DNA of 64,000 bases from Eledone cirrhosa (taxonomy: Eukaryota): assembly GCA_964016885.1 (NCBI GenBank), contig CAXHJY010001229.1, positions 88,346 to 152,345 of the forward strand, in the 5' to 3' direction. The translations under genes and the position numbers were made by a program. Under the pieces are notes generated by a model. That model saw nothing but the letters and a program-made list of their open reading frames with translations, did not search any database and was not told the DNA's origin. This document shows positions 14,166 through 27,861 of the stretch, piece by piece. Position 1 is the first letter of the stretch, and the number at the start of each line of letters is the position of its first letter.

Positions 14166-14777
14166 ATTCAATAGTCCTGGATTCAATCTCATTGCAAGGC
14201 ATCTTGGACAAGTGTCTTTACTATAACCTCAAGTCAACCCAAAATGGATTATACCAATTATTTGAAAATCTAGCCTGTGTCACATATTGTGTTAAGCTGA
14301 ATTGACTTGGGAATTACATGAAAGCTGCATGTATCTGTGGAATACTCAGCCACTTTCACTATAATATAAAATGGATTGTACCTGTAATTTGAAGGTCCAA
14401 CATGTGTTACATATTAAGCTTGGGAATTAAGGAGGCCACATATCTGTGGAATACTCAACCATCTACATGTTAATTAGAGTCAGATATTCAATTTATCAAA
14501 CAACTAAATGCTCATCATTAAATAGATGAAGATTGCATCATCATTGTTACATAATCATAATAGAGTTACAGCTATAAAAAAGAACCCCATCTTCATCTTA
14601 TAAAAACATGACTTGGCTGTGTGATTAAGGAGTTTGCTTTGCAGCTACATGGTTTCAGTTTTAGTCCCACTATGTGATACTATATACAAATGTTTACTAC
14701 TAGAGCTTCAGAGTGGCTAATGCCATGTCAGTGAAATTTGGTGGCCCAAAACTGAAGAAGTCCATCATATATATATA

Positions 14778-14962
14778 ATTGTTTCTACTTTAGGCACAAG
14801 GCCAGCAATTACCCAGTACATTACTGGTACTTTATTTTATCGACCCCGTAAGGATGAAAGGCAAAGTTAACCTCAGCGGGATTTGAACTCAAACCGTAAA
14901 GGGACGTAACTATGCTAGAAAGCATGGCGTCCAACCCTCTACCGATACTGCCAATTCACCGT
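14778..14962 (-). mobile_element. tRNA-derived SINE, family A
   Basis: Near-identical to the units at 27862-28375. Confidence 0.85.
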
Positions 14963-15289
14963 CCATCATATATATATAATATATATAGATATAGGCATTC
15001 ACATCTATCTTTGTATCTACCTACACACACAATGTGCAACCTTAATACACCAAAACTGTAGTGATTTCCAGAGGTTGACTGCGAAGGGACATTTTTTTCT
15101 GTTGTTTTTGTCCTGTGTGCCCCCTGTTTTTGATTCATATTTCTTATAGATTTAGCCATGCAAGCCTTTTTAACATCTCTCAAAAAATAAACTTTTAACT
15201 GTCGGATACCTATCTTCCTTCCTTTCCTTTGCCTCCCTATCATTTTTCTTTGTCCTCAACTATATAGTAATCCTTAACTGTATAGTAAC

Positions 15290-16490
15290 GTATGTTGATC
15301 CAATCTTTCACATCAATCAAAACGGTTTTAGGTGTGGTAGATCTACACTTGCACAGATTTTGGCCTTGAGAAGAGTAGTGGAAGAGATGAGACAAATAGC
15401 TCTAGTTTTTGTTGACTTTAGAAAAGCTTTTGACAGCATAAACAGAAACATTCTGTTTGAAATTCTACCCTTGTATGGCATCCCAGCAAGACTTGTGGAA
15501 GCAATTAAGGCTCTGTATCTCAACACAAGTGCCAGTATCATCACCCCTGATGGCCCAACAGAGTTCTTTGACATCTCAGCAGGAGTGCTGCAAGATGACA
15601 CTCTTGCCCCATTCCTCTTTATCATTGCACTAGACTATGCCCTGAGACTCTCCATTGACAAAATCATTAACAAAGGTATAACCATCAAACCCCACTTGAG
15701 CTCTAGGCACCCCTCCAAACATCTCACTGACCTCGAATTTGCAGATGACATTGCACTTCTTGCAGATTGCCTAGAAAATACACAACAATTTTTGACATCT
15801 CTCCAGGAAGCAGCCGCCTTGTTGGCCTTCATCTCAACGAGGGTAAACCAGAGTACATATCAAATTGTACAGGCAACAGGATCAAAGCAATCAATGGCAG
15901 TGATATCAAGCAAGTCAAGGATTTCAAGTATCTTGGGTCCTGGATCATGGACTCTGAGAAGGATTTCACCACAGAAGGGCCCAAGCATGGTCAGCTTGCA
16001 ACAAGATGGATCGAGTTTGGGGCTCAAATCTTTCCAACCACACCAAAATCAGACTCTTCCAAGTAACAATTCAACTAATCTTGCTATATGGAAGTAAAAC
16101 ATGGACACTTTCATCCAAACAACAAAAGTGCCTTGATGGCACTTACACTCGCCAGCTTCAACACATTCAGAACATAAGCTGGCGACATCTGACTTTGAGA
16201 GAAATATATGCCGGCCTACCACGCATATCTGATGTTGTACGTAAAAGGAGAGTAAGATTTGCTGGCCATTGCCATTGTGCCACCTATGAGGTTGTGTCTC
16301 CATCAATGCTTTGGAAACCACAAGCAGTTACTAATAACAGGGGTCACATGCTCTCCTATCCTGATGTCATCTCTAGAGATACTGGTATTGAAATCCAGAA
16401 CTTGGCAACGGCAATGAACGACAGACCCACGTGGAGATCAATTGTTGAGTTCATTCCGGCAGAGGCCGCCGGATGATGATGATGATGATG
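15290..16490 (+). mobile_element. 5'-truncated RTE-clade LINE (RT plus C-terminus, frameshifted) with (GAT)n tail
   Basis: FVDFRKAFDSI, GVLQDDTLAPFLFII, LEFADDIALL, FKYLGS, LLYGSKTW and RRVRFAGH spread over three overlapping frames; (GAT)n tail at ~16472-16490. Confidence 0.92.
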
Positions 16491-16871
16491 CCATACTGGA
16501 TACACTTAGCTTTTTGAAAATTTCCCAGCCTAGTTTCAAAGCATGACAGGCCAGCTGGCCCAGACAGACATGAGGGAAGTAGATATCTAAGGACTATGTC
16601 GATGTACACCCTTACCCATCACCACACCCCTGATACACCTTTCCTGTCCAACCCATGCATGCACACATGGAAAGCTGAACATACTGTATAGTTGTGGTGT
16701 TGGTGCTACAATAACAAAAAGCACCCAGACAACCCTATAAGGTGGAGGTACTGGTGCTAGACAAAAAAACACCCAGTTCACCCTGTAAAATGGTTGTACT
16801 GATGCCATAACAAAAACTACTTTATTGAATGGATGAGAAAGTGGTGGGGGTGGGGGTGGGGATGGAGCAGG

Positions 16872-17095
16872 ATGACCACTTTACAGTGTGGGCAGGGTGC
16901 TTTTTGTTGTGACACATACACGACCACCTTACAGTGTAGGCTGGGTCCTTTTTGTCATGACACCTACATGACTACTTTACAGTGTAGGCTGGGTCCTTTT
17001 TGTCATGACACCTACATGACTACTTTACAGTGTAGGCTGGGTCCTTTTTGTCATGACACCTACACGACCACTTTACAGTGTGGGCTGGATATGTT
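16872..17095 (-). repeat. 48-bp minisatellite (~4.5 copies) derived from an RTE-type 3' UTR
   Basis: CACCTACATG at 16961 and 17009 (period 48); the reverse complement of the unit matches LINE 3' UTR sequence at ~61015-61075. Confidence 0.85.
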
Positions 17096-17291
17096 TTGTC
17101 CTCAGTGTAAAGAGGATGTGGGCAGGAGTGGGTGGGTGTTGGTATAGTGGCCTACTAGGTGAATGTTTGAGTATGTGCACATGGCAAGACGTGTCTTCTA
17201 TATTACTGTGTAATGCCAAGTCAGAAAAAGAAAAAAAGAGACACCATACTTCTATGATGGATGGGCTCTGGGAAATGGTCCAGCTACCAAA

Positions 17292-20200
17292 TTGGTCCTT
17301 TCAGTGCTTGGCTTGTATGTCTGCCTCTACCCTGTTGAACAACCGACGATCGTGTCTTCCTCTATTATTGTTCCTGAACAACAGCAAAAACCAATGACTG
17401 TAGCTTCCGCTACTACTCCTTTTAAAGGACTTCATCAACAACAACAACCCATGTCTTCCTCCCCCGTTACTTTTCAACAACAACTGACGACTGTGTCTTC
17501 CCCTACCATGCCTGTTGAAGAAGAAGAACAACAACAACAAAAATCGACCGTCAATACAGAGTTTGTGGAAATACGGCAAATGATTTCCACTTTAAGCCGA
17601 GAAATAGCAGGAATCAAATCAAGCGTTTGTGTAGAACCTCACAATGAAGGATCTTACCGGAGTGCCTTGCTAAAAAATCCCCGCGTACCTCTTGCCGAAT
17701 CTAGATGCATTGAGAATGCTACAAAGTGATTGCCATTGGTGTTCCAGAAGACATAGTTGATCTTCAGACATTTTCTGCCAGTTCATGCAAAGACTTGGAT
17801 TGTGCTCCCCTGAAGAGTGCTCTATGCCTTGCCCGACCAGGTCCAAAACCCAGGCTAATTAGACTGTCTTTTTCGAACTCAACTGAGGCATGTTCATATC
17901 TTTTGGCCTCTGATAAAGCTAGGCGTGAAAGTCAGATTGCCTTCCGAACACACCCTAGTCTTCCACCTGATGTCTGCTCAAAGCTGCCTGCTGCAGCTTC
18001 CTTAAACCGCAACTCAGCAGAACATGAAAGTTTCAGTCTACATGATGATGGGCAGATATGGAAGTTTATTAAGGCTGGTGAAACATGGAAAAGAGATACC
18101 AGCTGGTCTGAAAACACCATACCCACAACAACTGACAATAAAAAAAACTGAAAAAACTCTGGGAAAGAAAATCAGAACAACCTGCCATCCCCTGCACATA
18201 ATCATAGACTGGAATCAAGGTACAAATTGTTGTCCATGAATGCACATAGTCTATGCAATAAGATACATCTTTTTGACTCCTATGTCAAAAGTATCAACCC
18301 TGACTTCATTAGAGTCACAGAAACATGGGCACATTCCTTACTCTGTGATGGGGTTTTCAGCAAAACTGGCTACAACGTGTTCCGTAAAGACCGCATTAAT
18401 CGTCCTCATGGTGGTGTAATGGTCTATGTTCGGTCTAATTTTTCAACAAGTCCTTGTGTTGATTTGAACCAATCACAGCAAGAAGTATTTTTCTGCGATA
18501 TACGTATGACCATGTCAACACTGCTACTTGGAGTAATTTACCGTCCCCCAAATTACCTTCAGGAAACTCAACTTTGTAATATTCTCAGAACTGCTGCCAG
18601 GAAAACAGCCACTTATGTTTTTATTGCAGGAGACTTCAATTATCCTGAGATTGACTGGGAAACCTTTCGTTGGCCGCAAAGTGCAAATGACTTCCTTGAG
18701 CTAGTGCTGGACTTGAACTGGTCCCATGTAGTCACCTCCCCAACAAGAGGTGACAACACTTTGGACCTACTCTTCACCACTACCCCTGAAATGATTATTA
18801 GTGTTACTACTGAGGAACCTTTAGGTGACTCTGATCATGCTATGATCATTGCCAATCTGTCCCACATGGGCAGTAACAGACTGGAACTGTTACTGCACCG
18901 AGCTGCAACGTCCAAACTGGCTTGAATTTTACGACTCTGGAGATGTCAACACTGTACTCCAGAACATCCTGAACTCAATATGGACAGCATGTGCAGCATT
19001 GGTGCCACGTAAGCAGAAAAAATATCCCAAAAGTGCAATTTGGGAGACTGCAACAGTCTGTCTTGCCAGAAAAAAACATTGTAATGTTGAATGTGAGAAC
19101 AAACTGCATAAATCAGAAATCAATAGCAAAAAGCAAAATAAATCATCCAAACCATCTCAAGCTGGTGACAAAGAACGCAGTGCTTCAATTTGAGCAGTGC
19201 ATAGCCCAACCCTGACAATAAGGTGTTCGGGAAGTATGTTCGCTCAAAGGAGAGGCCTCACTCTCTAGTTGGTCCTCTTTGCAATCCCCACACAAGCCAG
19301 GTTACTGATGACTCCAAGGAATGCGCAGAACTCATTGCTGAATGCTATGCAGGCATTTTCACTGTTGAAGACCAGAGTGTACCATCTCCACCACCTCTGA
19401 CATCAGATTCTATTACAACTATGGAATTTATACCTGCAATGCTGCGACGTCACCTTAAAGATAAACGCAACCATGCCTCTCCTGGTCTTGATGGTGTTAC
19501 GTAGCTGCTTCTGAAACATGGTGGGTACTTCCTTCTGCACCAGTTATCACGCTTCTTCCAATTCTGTCTCAACAACGGTGCTACTCCAGAGCAGTGGAAA
19601 ACTGCTAGTGTCACTCCGCTGTTCAAAAAGGGTGACCGCACACCACCTGTCAACTATCATCCAGTCAGTCTTATTAGCTGCATTGTCAAACTAATGGAAT
19701 CCTGGAACTCTCACAGTCTTAGCCGGTCCTCGCAATTTGAATTTATCCCTAACTCCAGCTATTGTGATCAACTTATCGAGTTTCTTGAAGACATCACCCA
19801 GATCACTGATGGGTGGATGTTGTTTATCTTGACTTTGCTAAAGCTTTCAATTCTGTACCATACAAAAGACTTATGGCAAAACTCTCTGCAATGAGTGTGA
19901 AGGATGATCTTTTTAACTGGTTGAAGTCCTTCATTCTCAGTCGAAGAGAGGTAGTTATGGTTCTAGGACAGCTTCCTCACTGTATGAGATGTCATCTGGT
20001 GTACTACAGGCATCTGTTCTTGGCCCCCTTTTATTTGTGGCATATATTAATGAAATAGATGCCAACTTAAAGAATGCCACAGTACTGAAATATGCAGATG
20101 ATATCAAGCTTTACCTTGAGATAAAAAGGACAGATCCTGAACACTATAGATCTTGCTTGCAGTCTGACATGGACACAATGCAACAATGGATCACTCAAGT

Positions 20201-21048
20201 TGCCTGTGGACTAGTGTACCACCATGCATTTTGGGAGTAAAAACCCAGCGTCCACATACTCCCTCCACAACACTAATATCAAGAAGTCTTCTTGTGAACG
20301 TGACCTGGACATTACGGTCAGCAGCGATTTGCGTTGGATGAAGCACGTCTCTAAAATTGTCAAGAAGGCCGAGGGTGTCTTAGCATCACTCAGCAAGACA
20401 TTTGTCAGCTGCTCTCCAGCTATCTATTTAAAGCTGTATATAGCTATGGTGCGGCCACACTTAGAATTTGCATCACCAGTCTGGCAACCCTATCTTGTTC
20501 AGAACATTGACCGCCTGGAAACTGTTCAGAGATGTGCAACCAAGCGAATACCCTCCATCAGGTATCTACCATACTCTGAATGCCTTGCTTCCCTGGGCAT
20601 GGATACATTGAAGCTCCGACATCTGGCAACTGACTTGATAAACACTCACAAAATTATTAACCATCTTGCCAACAACAACCCTAAGCACCTTTTTGATTTC
20701 CATGTGTCTAACACATTTGGGCATGCCAACAAAGTCAGAAAACAGCACAGCTCCGGAAACATTTTTTTATGCTCAGAGTTGTTGAAGCATGGAACAAACT
20801 ACCTGCATCAGTTATTAGCTGTCGAGACACTGTATCCTTTAAAACCTCCATGCTTCCTGATATTCGCCAACACTACACCTGATATCCCCCCCTCCCCATA
20901 CACACGCACACATGTATTTCATGACTCGTGCACTGTTCATTTTCCTGACATTTGTACATTATTCTATGTACTATACATGCACCTTTGATGAGTTGTAGTG
21001 CACCTAAGCACTGTACTCAATAATTTCATTCATTATTATTATTATTAT
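17292..21048 (+). mobile_element. Near full-length, inactivated CR1-group LINE (ORF1 remnant, APE endonuclease, RT, 3' UTR, (ATT)n tail)
   Basis: ORF1-like 17292-18151 (coiled-coil-like EIRQMISTLSREI, KPRLIRLSF); endonuclease VTETW, GVIYRPP, AGDFNYP, TLDLLFT, SDH (18227-18925); RT YLDFAKAF, SVLGPLLF, YADDIKL, VRPHLEFASPVW; several stops and frameshifts; ATT repeats at ~21032-21048. Confidence 0.93.
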
Positions 21049-21429
21049 TTTATATTTATATATATGTAAACAAGATTGGTGAACTTATTGGGAAATTTGA
21101 AATTATAGTCAGCACAATGTAGATAACTAATACTAATATTTAATCCCTATAAATAATAGTTGAGAAAATCAGGTAAAATATCCCTGGTGATGGAAAGTAG
21201 TGGACAGAAAGACCTGTAGGGAATCAGATCATGCATCTCCTGTATGTTGAGCACTCAGCTGGCATACTAGAGATGCAAGGTTCAATTCCCCACTAGTGTC
21301 TCTGTCCATTTTTTTCATTATAGCCATCTGCATTGTGGCAATTATATTTTCAAATTTTTCACACATTCATGCATACACATGCATACACACACGTGCACAC
21401 ACACACATATACAAAATATGCAGTAAAAT

Positions 21430-23676
21430 ATGGAGATGGAGGGTTTGGAAGCAAAAGGTCTTTCAGTTAAATATAGATTTAGAAAGGCCCTATGGGTAGC
21501 ATTTGATGAGAAGGGTGGCGAGCTAGATTTATATAAGGTAGAGGACAATTGGGAATTCGTGCATGACAACCTTCTGCAAATTATTGATGAGACTTGTGCC
21601 TGGAGCCAGACACAGGGTGATCTGGTGGGGGAACAGCAAAGTGGATAGAGCCATTAAAGCCAAAAGATAGACATGGAAAAACTGGAAAATTGGGGATAGC
21701 AGAGACTGGTACCAGGTAGCTAAGAGAGAAGCTAGACAACAGGTATACATAGCTTGGAAAGAGGCTAAAGAAAGAAAGTTTGCCAATGTTTTGCAAAGTG
21801 AGGATCAGAGATGTGAAGTGTTCTGCATTGCAAGGCAGTGTCAGTGTGAATTGAGATGTTGTGAAAAAAATGTGTTCGAAATGACACTGGTGCACTTAGC
21901 ACCACTGATGCTCAAAAAGAAGAGGCCTGGAAATATTACTATGAGAGATTGATGAATGTAGAAAATGAATGGGAGGAAGAAGACTACCCCTAACTTACCC
22001 AACAGAATTGCCAGCTTTTAAAGTAGACAGTTATAGGGCCAAAGACGCAATCAAGGAGATGAAGAATGGTAAAGCTGCGGGACTGTTAGAGATAGTTGCC
22101 AATATGCTAAAAACATCAAGAGAAGTATGATCTGAACTAGTAATCTGTATAGTCAATCAGGTAGTACAGGACGGAGTCATATCCAATGACTGGTGCAGTA
22201 ATACAATCATAAATTGTTACAAAGGTAAAAGGTGATGCTCTAGAAAGGAGAAACTATAGAGAAATAAAACCAATGGACCCAGTGATGGAAAGAGTTATAG
22301 TACAGCTAATTAGGAGAAGAGTCAAATTAAATGAGATGCAGTTCAGTTTCATGTCTGGAAAAAGTACTACAAATGTCCTCTTATTAGTGAGGCAACTACA
22401 AAAGAAGTTCTTAGCCAAGAATAAGTCACTATACCTAGCTTTTGCTAATCTATGAAAGGCCTTTGACAAAGTACCTTGATTTATTATCTCGTGGTCCTTA
22501 AGGAAATTAGGTGTAGATAAATGGCCTGTGAGAGTCATGCAAGGGTGCAAACCATGTACAGAGGGGCTGTCAGTAAAGTAAGAGTAGGAAGTGAGTTTAG
22601 TGAGGAATTCAAGGGACAGGTAGGTTCATCAGGGTTCAGTTCTTAACCCACTGCTATTCATTATAGTTCTCCATTCTATAACAGAGGAGTTGAAGACTGG
22701 CTGTCCATGGGAACATCTCTATGCAGATGATCTGGTCCTTACTGCTAAATCCATAAAAAAAACTAGAGAACAGAAACAGATTTGGAATCAAATGGTCTTA
22801 AAGTAAACTTAGCCAACACTAAAATGCTAGTAAGTAGGAAAGACAATAGGGCCCTCAGAGAAGTGGTTCTGAATTATATGTAGAAAATGAGTAGGCATAA
22901 ACTCTATAAGCTGTGCACAATGTAAATCTTGGGTACACAAGAAATGTAGTGGGATAACAGGTAAACTAACAGGAAAGCAAGACTTCATATGTAGAAGGTG
23001 CACATGAGTAATCGAGGGGAAGAGTGTCATTGATATAAACCTCTTCAAGTCACAGGAAGGATCCATAGAAGTAGTTGATAGCTTCTGCTATCTAGGCAAC
23101 ATAGTTAGAAGCAGAGGAGGATGCTCTGAGAGCATAGAATAAGGATAAGATGGAAAAGGTTCAGAGAGTTACTCCCACTGTTGACCACAAAAGGTTTCTC
23201 CCTATGTACAAAAGGACAACTGTATGATGCCTGTGTGCGAAGTGGAATGCTTACATGATAGTGAAATATGGACAATAAAGGCAGAGGACATACATAGACC
23301 AGAGAGAAATGAAGCAACCATGCTTTATTGGATATGCAATGCAAAAATGTGAGAGAAAGGCAGAGCTTGGATGAGCTGGGGGAGAAGCTGGGTTTAAGAG
23401 GAATCTGAAGTGGTGTGCAGCAGGAGAGAAAACTGTATTGGTACAGATATGTGATGCACAAGAATGATGATCGCTGGGTGAAGAAGTGCCAGGAAATCCC
23501 AGTGGAAGGAAGCCACAGTAGAGATAAACCAAGGAAGATCTGGTGAAAGCTGATCTCAAATCACTGAGACTTACAGAGGAGATGGATGACAAAGTAACAT
23601 GGCAAGTGGAGAGACACTCTGCTGAAAAGGACCCATCCAATCTATGCAAGCATGGAAAAATGATGATGATGATGAT
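21430..23676 (+). mobile_element. Decayed RTE-clade LINE (PHD-finger-containing family) with (GAT)n tail
   Basis: Collinear with the copy at 59075-61247; LYADDL-like at ~22718-22735; Cys/His finger at ~22865-23000; tail at 23661-23676. Confidence 0.88.
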
Positions 23677-23691
23677 ATACGTATATATATT

Positions 23692-23769
23692 CAGAGTGTT
23701 CCAAAAAAATGCATACATGCTTTGACTAGAATGCTGTTGAAGTGTGTATACATTTTTGGGGTCATCCTG
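23692..23769. mobile_element. Tiny Tc1/mariner-type MITE
   Basis: Imperfect inverted repeat CAGAGTGTTCCAAAAAAATGCATACA ... TGTATACATTTTTGGGGTCATCCTG followed by TA; related sequence at ~42980-43065. Confidence 0.6.
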
Positions 23770-23834
23770 TATATATATCAACCCTTATTATTATATATAT
23801 ATATATCAACCCTTATTATTATTATATATATATA

Positions 23835-24137
23835 TATATATAAAACTGAGGATGTCTGTCTGTGTGTGTGTGAGTTTGAATCCCTAAAACTAGAGAACCA
23901 CCCAACCGACTGTTTTCAAACTTTACAAATGTAATACTTATGTTTCAGGGAGTGTTCTGAACAAAAAAAAAATTCAAATTTGCAATGCCCTAGGGACCGC
24001 ATTAGGCGATTTAACGATCTCTCTCTATAAATCTTAGTCTTACTCTTTTTAGATAGATACATACATATAACGTCGCGCCCTTATAATATTTGTCTGTATG
24101 TCTGTTGTCTGCATTACGTCACTTCCCTGAGGATGTC

Positions 24138-24183
<46 letters not shown>

Positions 24184-24768
24184 TGTGAGTTTGAATCTCT
24201 AAAACTCGAGAAGTACCCAACCGATTTTTTTCAAACTTTACATGTGTATTACTTATGTTTCAGGGAGTATTATGCACATATATTCAGCTTTTTGATCTCC
24301 TAGGGCCCGCATTAGGTGACAAACTGCATTTTAAAAGCTTTTTAAGGGGTTTTTTGAGGCGTTACGTCAGACCGATTTCCTTGAAATTGTAACTATGTAT
24401 TAGTCAGTCTCTTCTTCATACCGTGAGCAAAGAAAATCCAACTTTTTTATGACCTAGGGCCCGCATTAGGTGAAAAACTTCATTTTGTTTTCAGCCTTTT
24501 AGGGCTTTTTTGAGGCGTTACGTCTAGCCGATTTTCCCGAAATTTCAAGGCATATTATGCACATAAAAAAAATTATTTTCTTGATCCCCTAGGGCCCGCA
24601 TTAGTTGAAAACCTGCATTTTTCCTGCTTCATTGAGGAACATCTTAAAGATTATCCAGCCATCAGAGTTTATTTTCTTTACATATTGTCCAGGCATGCAG
24701 CTTTTCCACGATTAGGTCTGTTGGCGGCCCGCGTTCCAAAATACCTTATCCCGTGCAACGCCGGGTAC

Positions 24769-24773
<5 letters not shown>
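23835..24773 (+). mobile_element. Non-autonomous Helitron-like element with internal repeats
   Basis: 5' TATATAAAACTGAGGATGTCTGTCTGTGTG motif, repeated at 24127; four CCTAGGG(C/A)CCGCATTAG repeats (~23990, 24299, 24453, 24588); 3' hairpin CCCGTGCAACGCCGGG followed by CTA. The canonical CTRR terminus is not intact. Confidence 0.6.
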
Positions 24774-24802
<29 letters not shown>

Positions 24803-25063
24803 GGAAAAAATGAAACGAAATTTCATTTCCCACTCTTAGTACGGCTGTTACTTAAATATAAGTATGTACACGTACATACATATATGTATACAGACGTACA
24901 GTAGTATGTATATATATATACATACATGCACACATATATATATGTACGTATGGATTCACCGAACATTTATTATAATGCTATGTGTGTTTGTAAACAAACA
25001 TCCCGTATTAAGCCGTAGTGTCTAGCAACCATCGTTGCTCGTTTGTTCAACACTGACAAAGGA

Positions 25064-25106
25064 ACGCTATACTAGTTTCAAGCTTATTAGCTATCGTCAG
25101 CAACGT
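25064..25106 (-). ncRNA. Minimal type I hammerhead ribozyme motif
   Basis: Minus strand ACGTTG-CTGACGA-TAGCTAATAAGCTT-GAAA-CTAG-TA-TAGCGT: core boxes intact, palindromic stem III ACUAGU, stem I with two G-U pairs. Confidence 0.7.
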
Positions 25107-25413
25107 ATACCTTCCTGGCAGATTGTTGAACGTATATACTTACCTTATGCATATTAACGGCTGAGTAGCCCAATTTGCATATCGAGTGGGTTAATTGACC
25201 GGGTGCACCGAAAACGATAAACGGAAAAAATGAAACTAAATTTCATTTCCCACTCTTAGTACGGCTGTACTTAAATAGAAGTATGTACACGTACATACAT
25301 ATATGTATACAGACGTACAGTAGTATGTATATATATATATACATGTACACATGTATAATTATATAATATGCATAAGGTAAGTATATACGTTCAACAATCT
25401 GGCAGGAAGGTAT

Positions 25414-25456
25414 ACGTTGCTGACGATAGCTAATAAGCTTGAAACTAGTACAGCGT
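25414..25456 (+). ncRNA. Minimal type I hammerhead ribozyme motif
   Basis: ACGTTG-CTGACGA-TAGCTAATAAGCTT-GAAA-CTAG-TA-CAGCGT: 6-bp stem I, AGCU/AGCU stem II (U-U at the closing position), palindromic stem III, predicted cut after GUA at 25450. Confidence 0.75.
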
Positions 25457-25657
25457 TCCTTTGTCAGTGTTGAACAAACGAGCAACGATGGTTGCTGGAC
25501 ACTACGGCTTAATACGGGATGTTTGTTTACAAACATATCGAGCATTATAATAAATGTTCGGTGAATCCATACGTACATATATATGTGTGTGCATGTATGA
25601 ATATATATATACATACTACTGTACGTCTGTATACATATATGTATGTACGTGTACATA

Positions 25658-25691
<34 letters not shown>

Positions 25692-26481
25692 CGAGTAGGA
25701 CCCCGACGGCTGAGCTCAAGCCGTTTCGACGGCTAATTCTGGACTAAATGAACATTTTTATCCTGGTACATGAATAGCCGAGCTTCTCAGGGGGTAATTA
25801 CATATATGGTAAAAGTGGTTGTTGTCACAAGGATTGGTCAAAAGTTTGTTGTTGAGACACATAATTCTATCATGGCAATTTGTGGAAGGAAGGGGTAGCT
25901 GAACTTGCCAGTAGAAGAAAGAGGGAGAGTGAGTGGAAGAAACCCAGTCGTGCGTTGATAGTGCCAACTACAGCAGGATCCTAAGGGTAGGAGGTCAAGA
26001 AAGTATACTAGGGAGGGGGAGAGGGAGGAAGTCGAAACAATAAGTGAATCAATATGGAGTAAATATATAGAAGAATAATAAGAATGTTAAAAATATAAAA
26101 AAACAATTTCTGGTTACTATTCCCTTACCACAATCATCAAGTCTCTCACTGGTACTGCCAAACTATAGAGAAGTTTAATAGGTGGGACGGAATTGTAGTG
26201 AAAGAATTTTATGAGTTAGTAGTAATCCTCCAAATCTATCTTACAGTGACAGGTCAACAAGTAGGGGGCCAAAATACTAAAGAAACTACTACGAGATAAT
26301 AATTCAGAGTCCCGAAACTAATACGAAATAATAATTCATAATAATAATACGATATATAAGGGTGCCGCTACGATACAAAAATTCTAATACAAACTACATA
26401 AATGTTCGTACGATATATATGAAAATTTTGATACGAAAAATTAATTCAGAATATATATGTGTGTATGTGTATGTGTGTGTG

Positions 26482-26770
26482 TGAAGGCGCATGGCTTAGT
26501 GGTTAGAGCAGTCGGCTTGCAATCGAAAGGTTGTGAATTCAATTCTCGGACCGGGTGATATGTTGTTTCCTTGAGCAAGACACTTTATTTCACGTTGCTC
26601 CAGTTTACTCAGCTGAAAATGAGTACCAGCAATAGCTGGAGGTTTAACCCTGCGATGGACTGGCGTCCTGTCCAAGGGGGAGTCTTGTACTCTCAGTCGC
26701 TTCACGCCATGAAACCGGGATAAGCACCGGCCAAATGAGCCTTCTGGTTTAAGACAGACTTTAGACTTAC
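26482..26770 (+). mobile_element. tRNA-derived SINE, family B (CORE-like centre), tail type 1
   Basis: TGGCTTAGTGG A box, GAATTCAATTC B-box-like, CCTTGAGCAAGACACTTT central motif, 3' part CCCTGCGATGGACTGGCGTCCTGTCC. Confidence 0.85.
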
Positions 26771-27861
26771 GGCCTGCCCGCCCAGCCAGTGGGATGGCGC
26801 GTCATCATATGGCTAAAACAGCACGTGATATATATATAGAGAGAGAGAGAAAGAGAGAGTGGCGGTACAATGAGGTATATCCGAGGCATGGTTATTGCTA
26901 GTTGAAAACTATATATAAGTGTAAGAGAGTGTGTGTGTGTGTTTGCGTTTATGTCCCCTAGTGGTTTAAGAAAAAGAAATCAATAAAATAAGTCCCATAC
27001 ATCCAAAATATGTAGAGTAATATGATAGACTAAATCTCTTGAAGGTGGAGCTCAACACTCTAATGACTGAAACAATTAAAAGAATATAAGAACATATTTT
27101 ATTTAGTTGTTTTGTTGCTGTTGTTGTTTTCAATTCTGTATTTAAATTAAATAATGGTTTCCAAGGCAAGCAATTTTTAGTGGGAGGAGGTGGAAAATAA
27201 ATAATATCGACCCCAATATTTGATTAGTACTTTATTTTTCTGACCTCGAAAAGATGAAAGACAAAGTTGACCTTGGTAGGATTTAAATTTAGATTTTAAA
27301 GTTTCAGAAAGGGTACAAAGCAATATGTCTGCTTCACATTAAGAATCGAAATCTTTACTGCAAAACTGCAAATTTTCGCAACAATCTATCAACTAGTAAA
27401 TAAATATACTACAAACATTCGTATTAGCAAATCCATTTTTAAGATATATTTAACAAGCCAAAATAATGATGTTATTTGTCACCCTAGTGGTTTTAGCATG
27501 TTTTATCACTAGCATTATTTGAATTGGATCATATAAAAAAAAATCTAAGTGATTAATTAATCGATACCCACTCAAAACAAAAAAGTTTGTGTTTATTACA
27601 AATAAATATTAAAAAATTAAATACGTTGCCTATTATATACTTATTTGAGGGGCGAAGGGGCAAAAAAATCTAAGCAGTTAAAGGGAGGCTACTCTGTAAT
27701 TTCAAGCATTTTCTCTCCATCTGTCTCCATTTTCAAGGTGTTGTATACCAAGTATGCAGCCAGTTATAAACCACGAATAATTATAGACAGTGACGTCTAT
27801 TTAAACGTGGAAGATATAGGAGAACGTGAAGAGGTCCAACAACATCCGGGTGCCAATGAAC

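Larger units (their letters stand above)
24797..25665. mobile_element. Inverted-repeat element (~300-bp arms plus a partial direct duplication), probably Penelope-like pseudo-LTRs
   Basis: ~24857-25156 is the reverse complement of ~25364-25663; 24797-24935 is directly repeated at 25218-25352; each arm has a hammerhead motif; flanked by (TA)n. Confidence 0.75.

Noticed and set aside
26482-26560. Functional tRNA genes at SINE heads
   Set aside because: A/B boxes are present, but there is no proper cloverleaf and each continues into SINE body sequence
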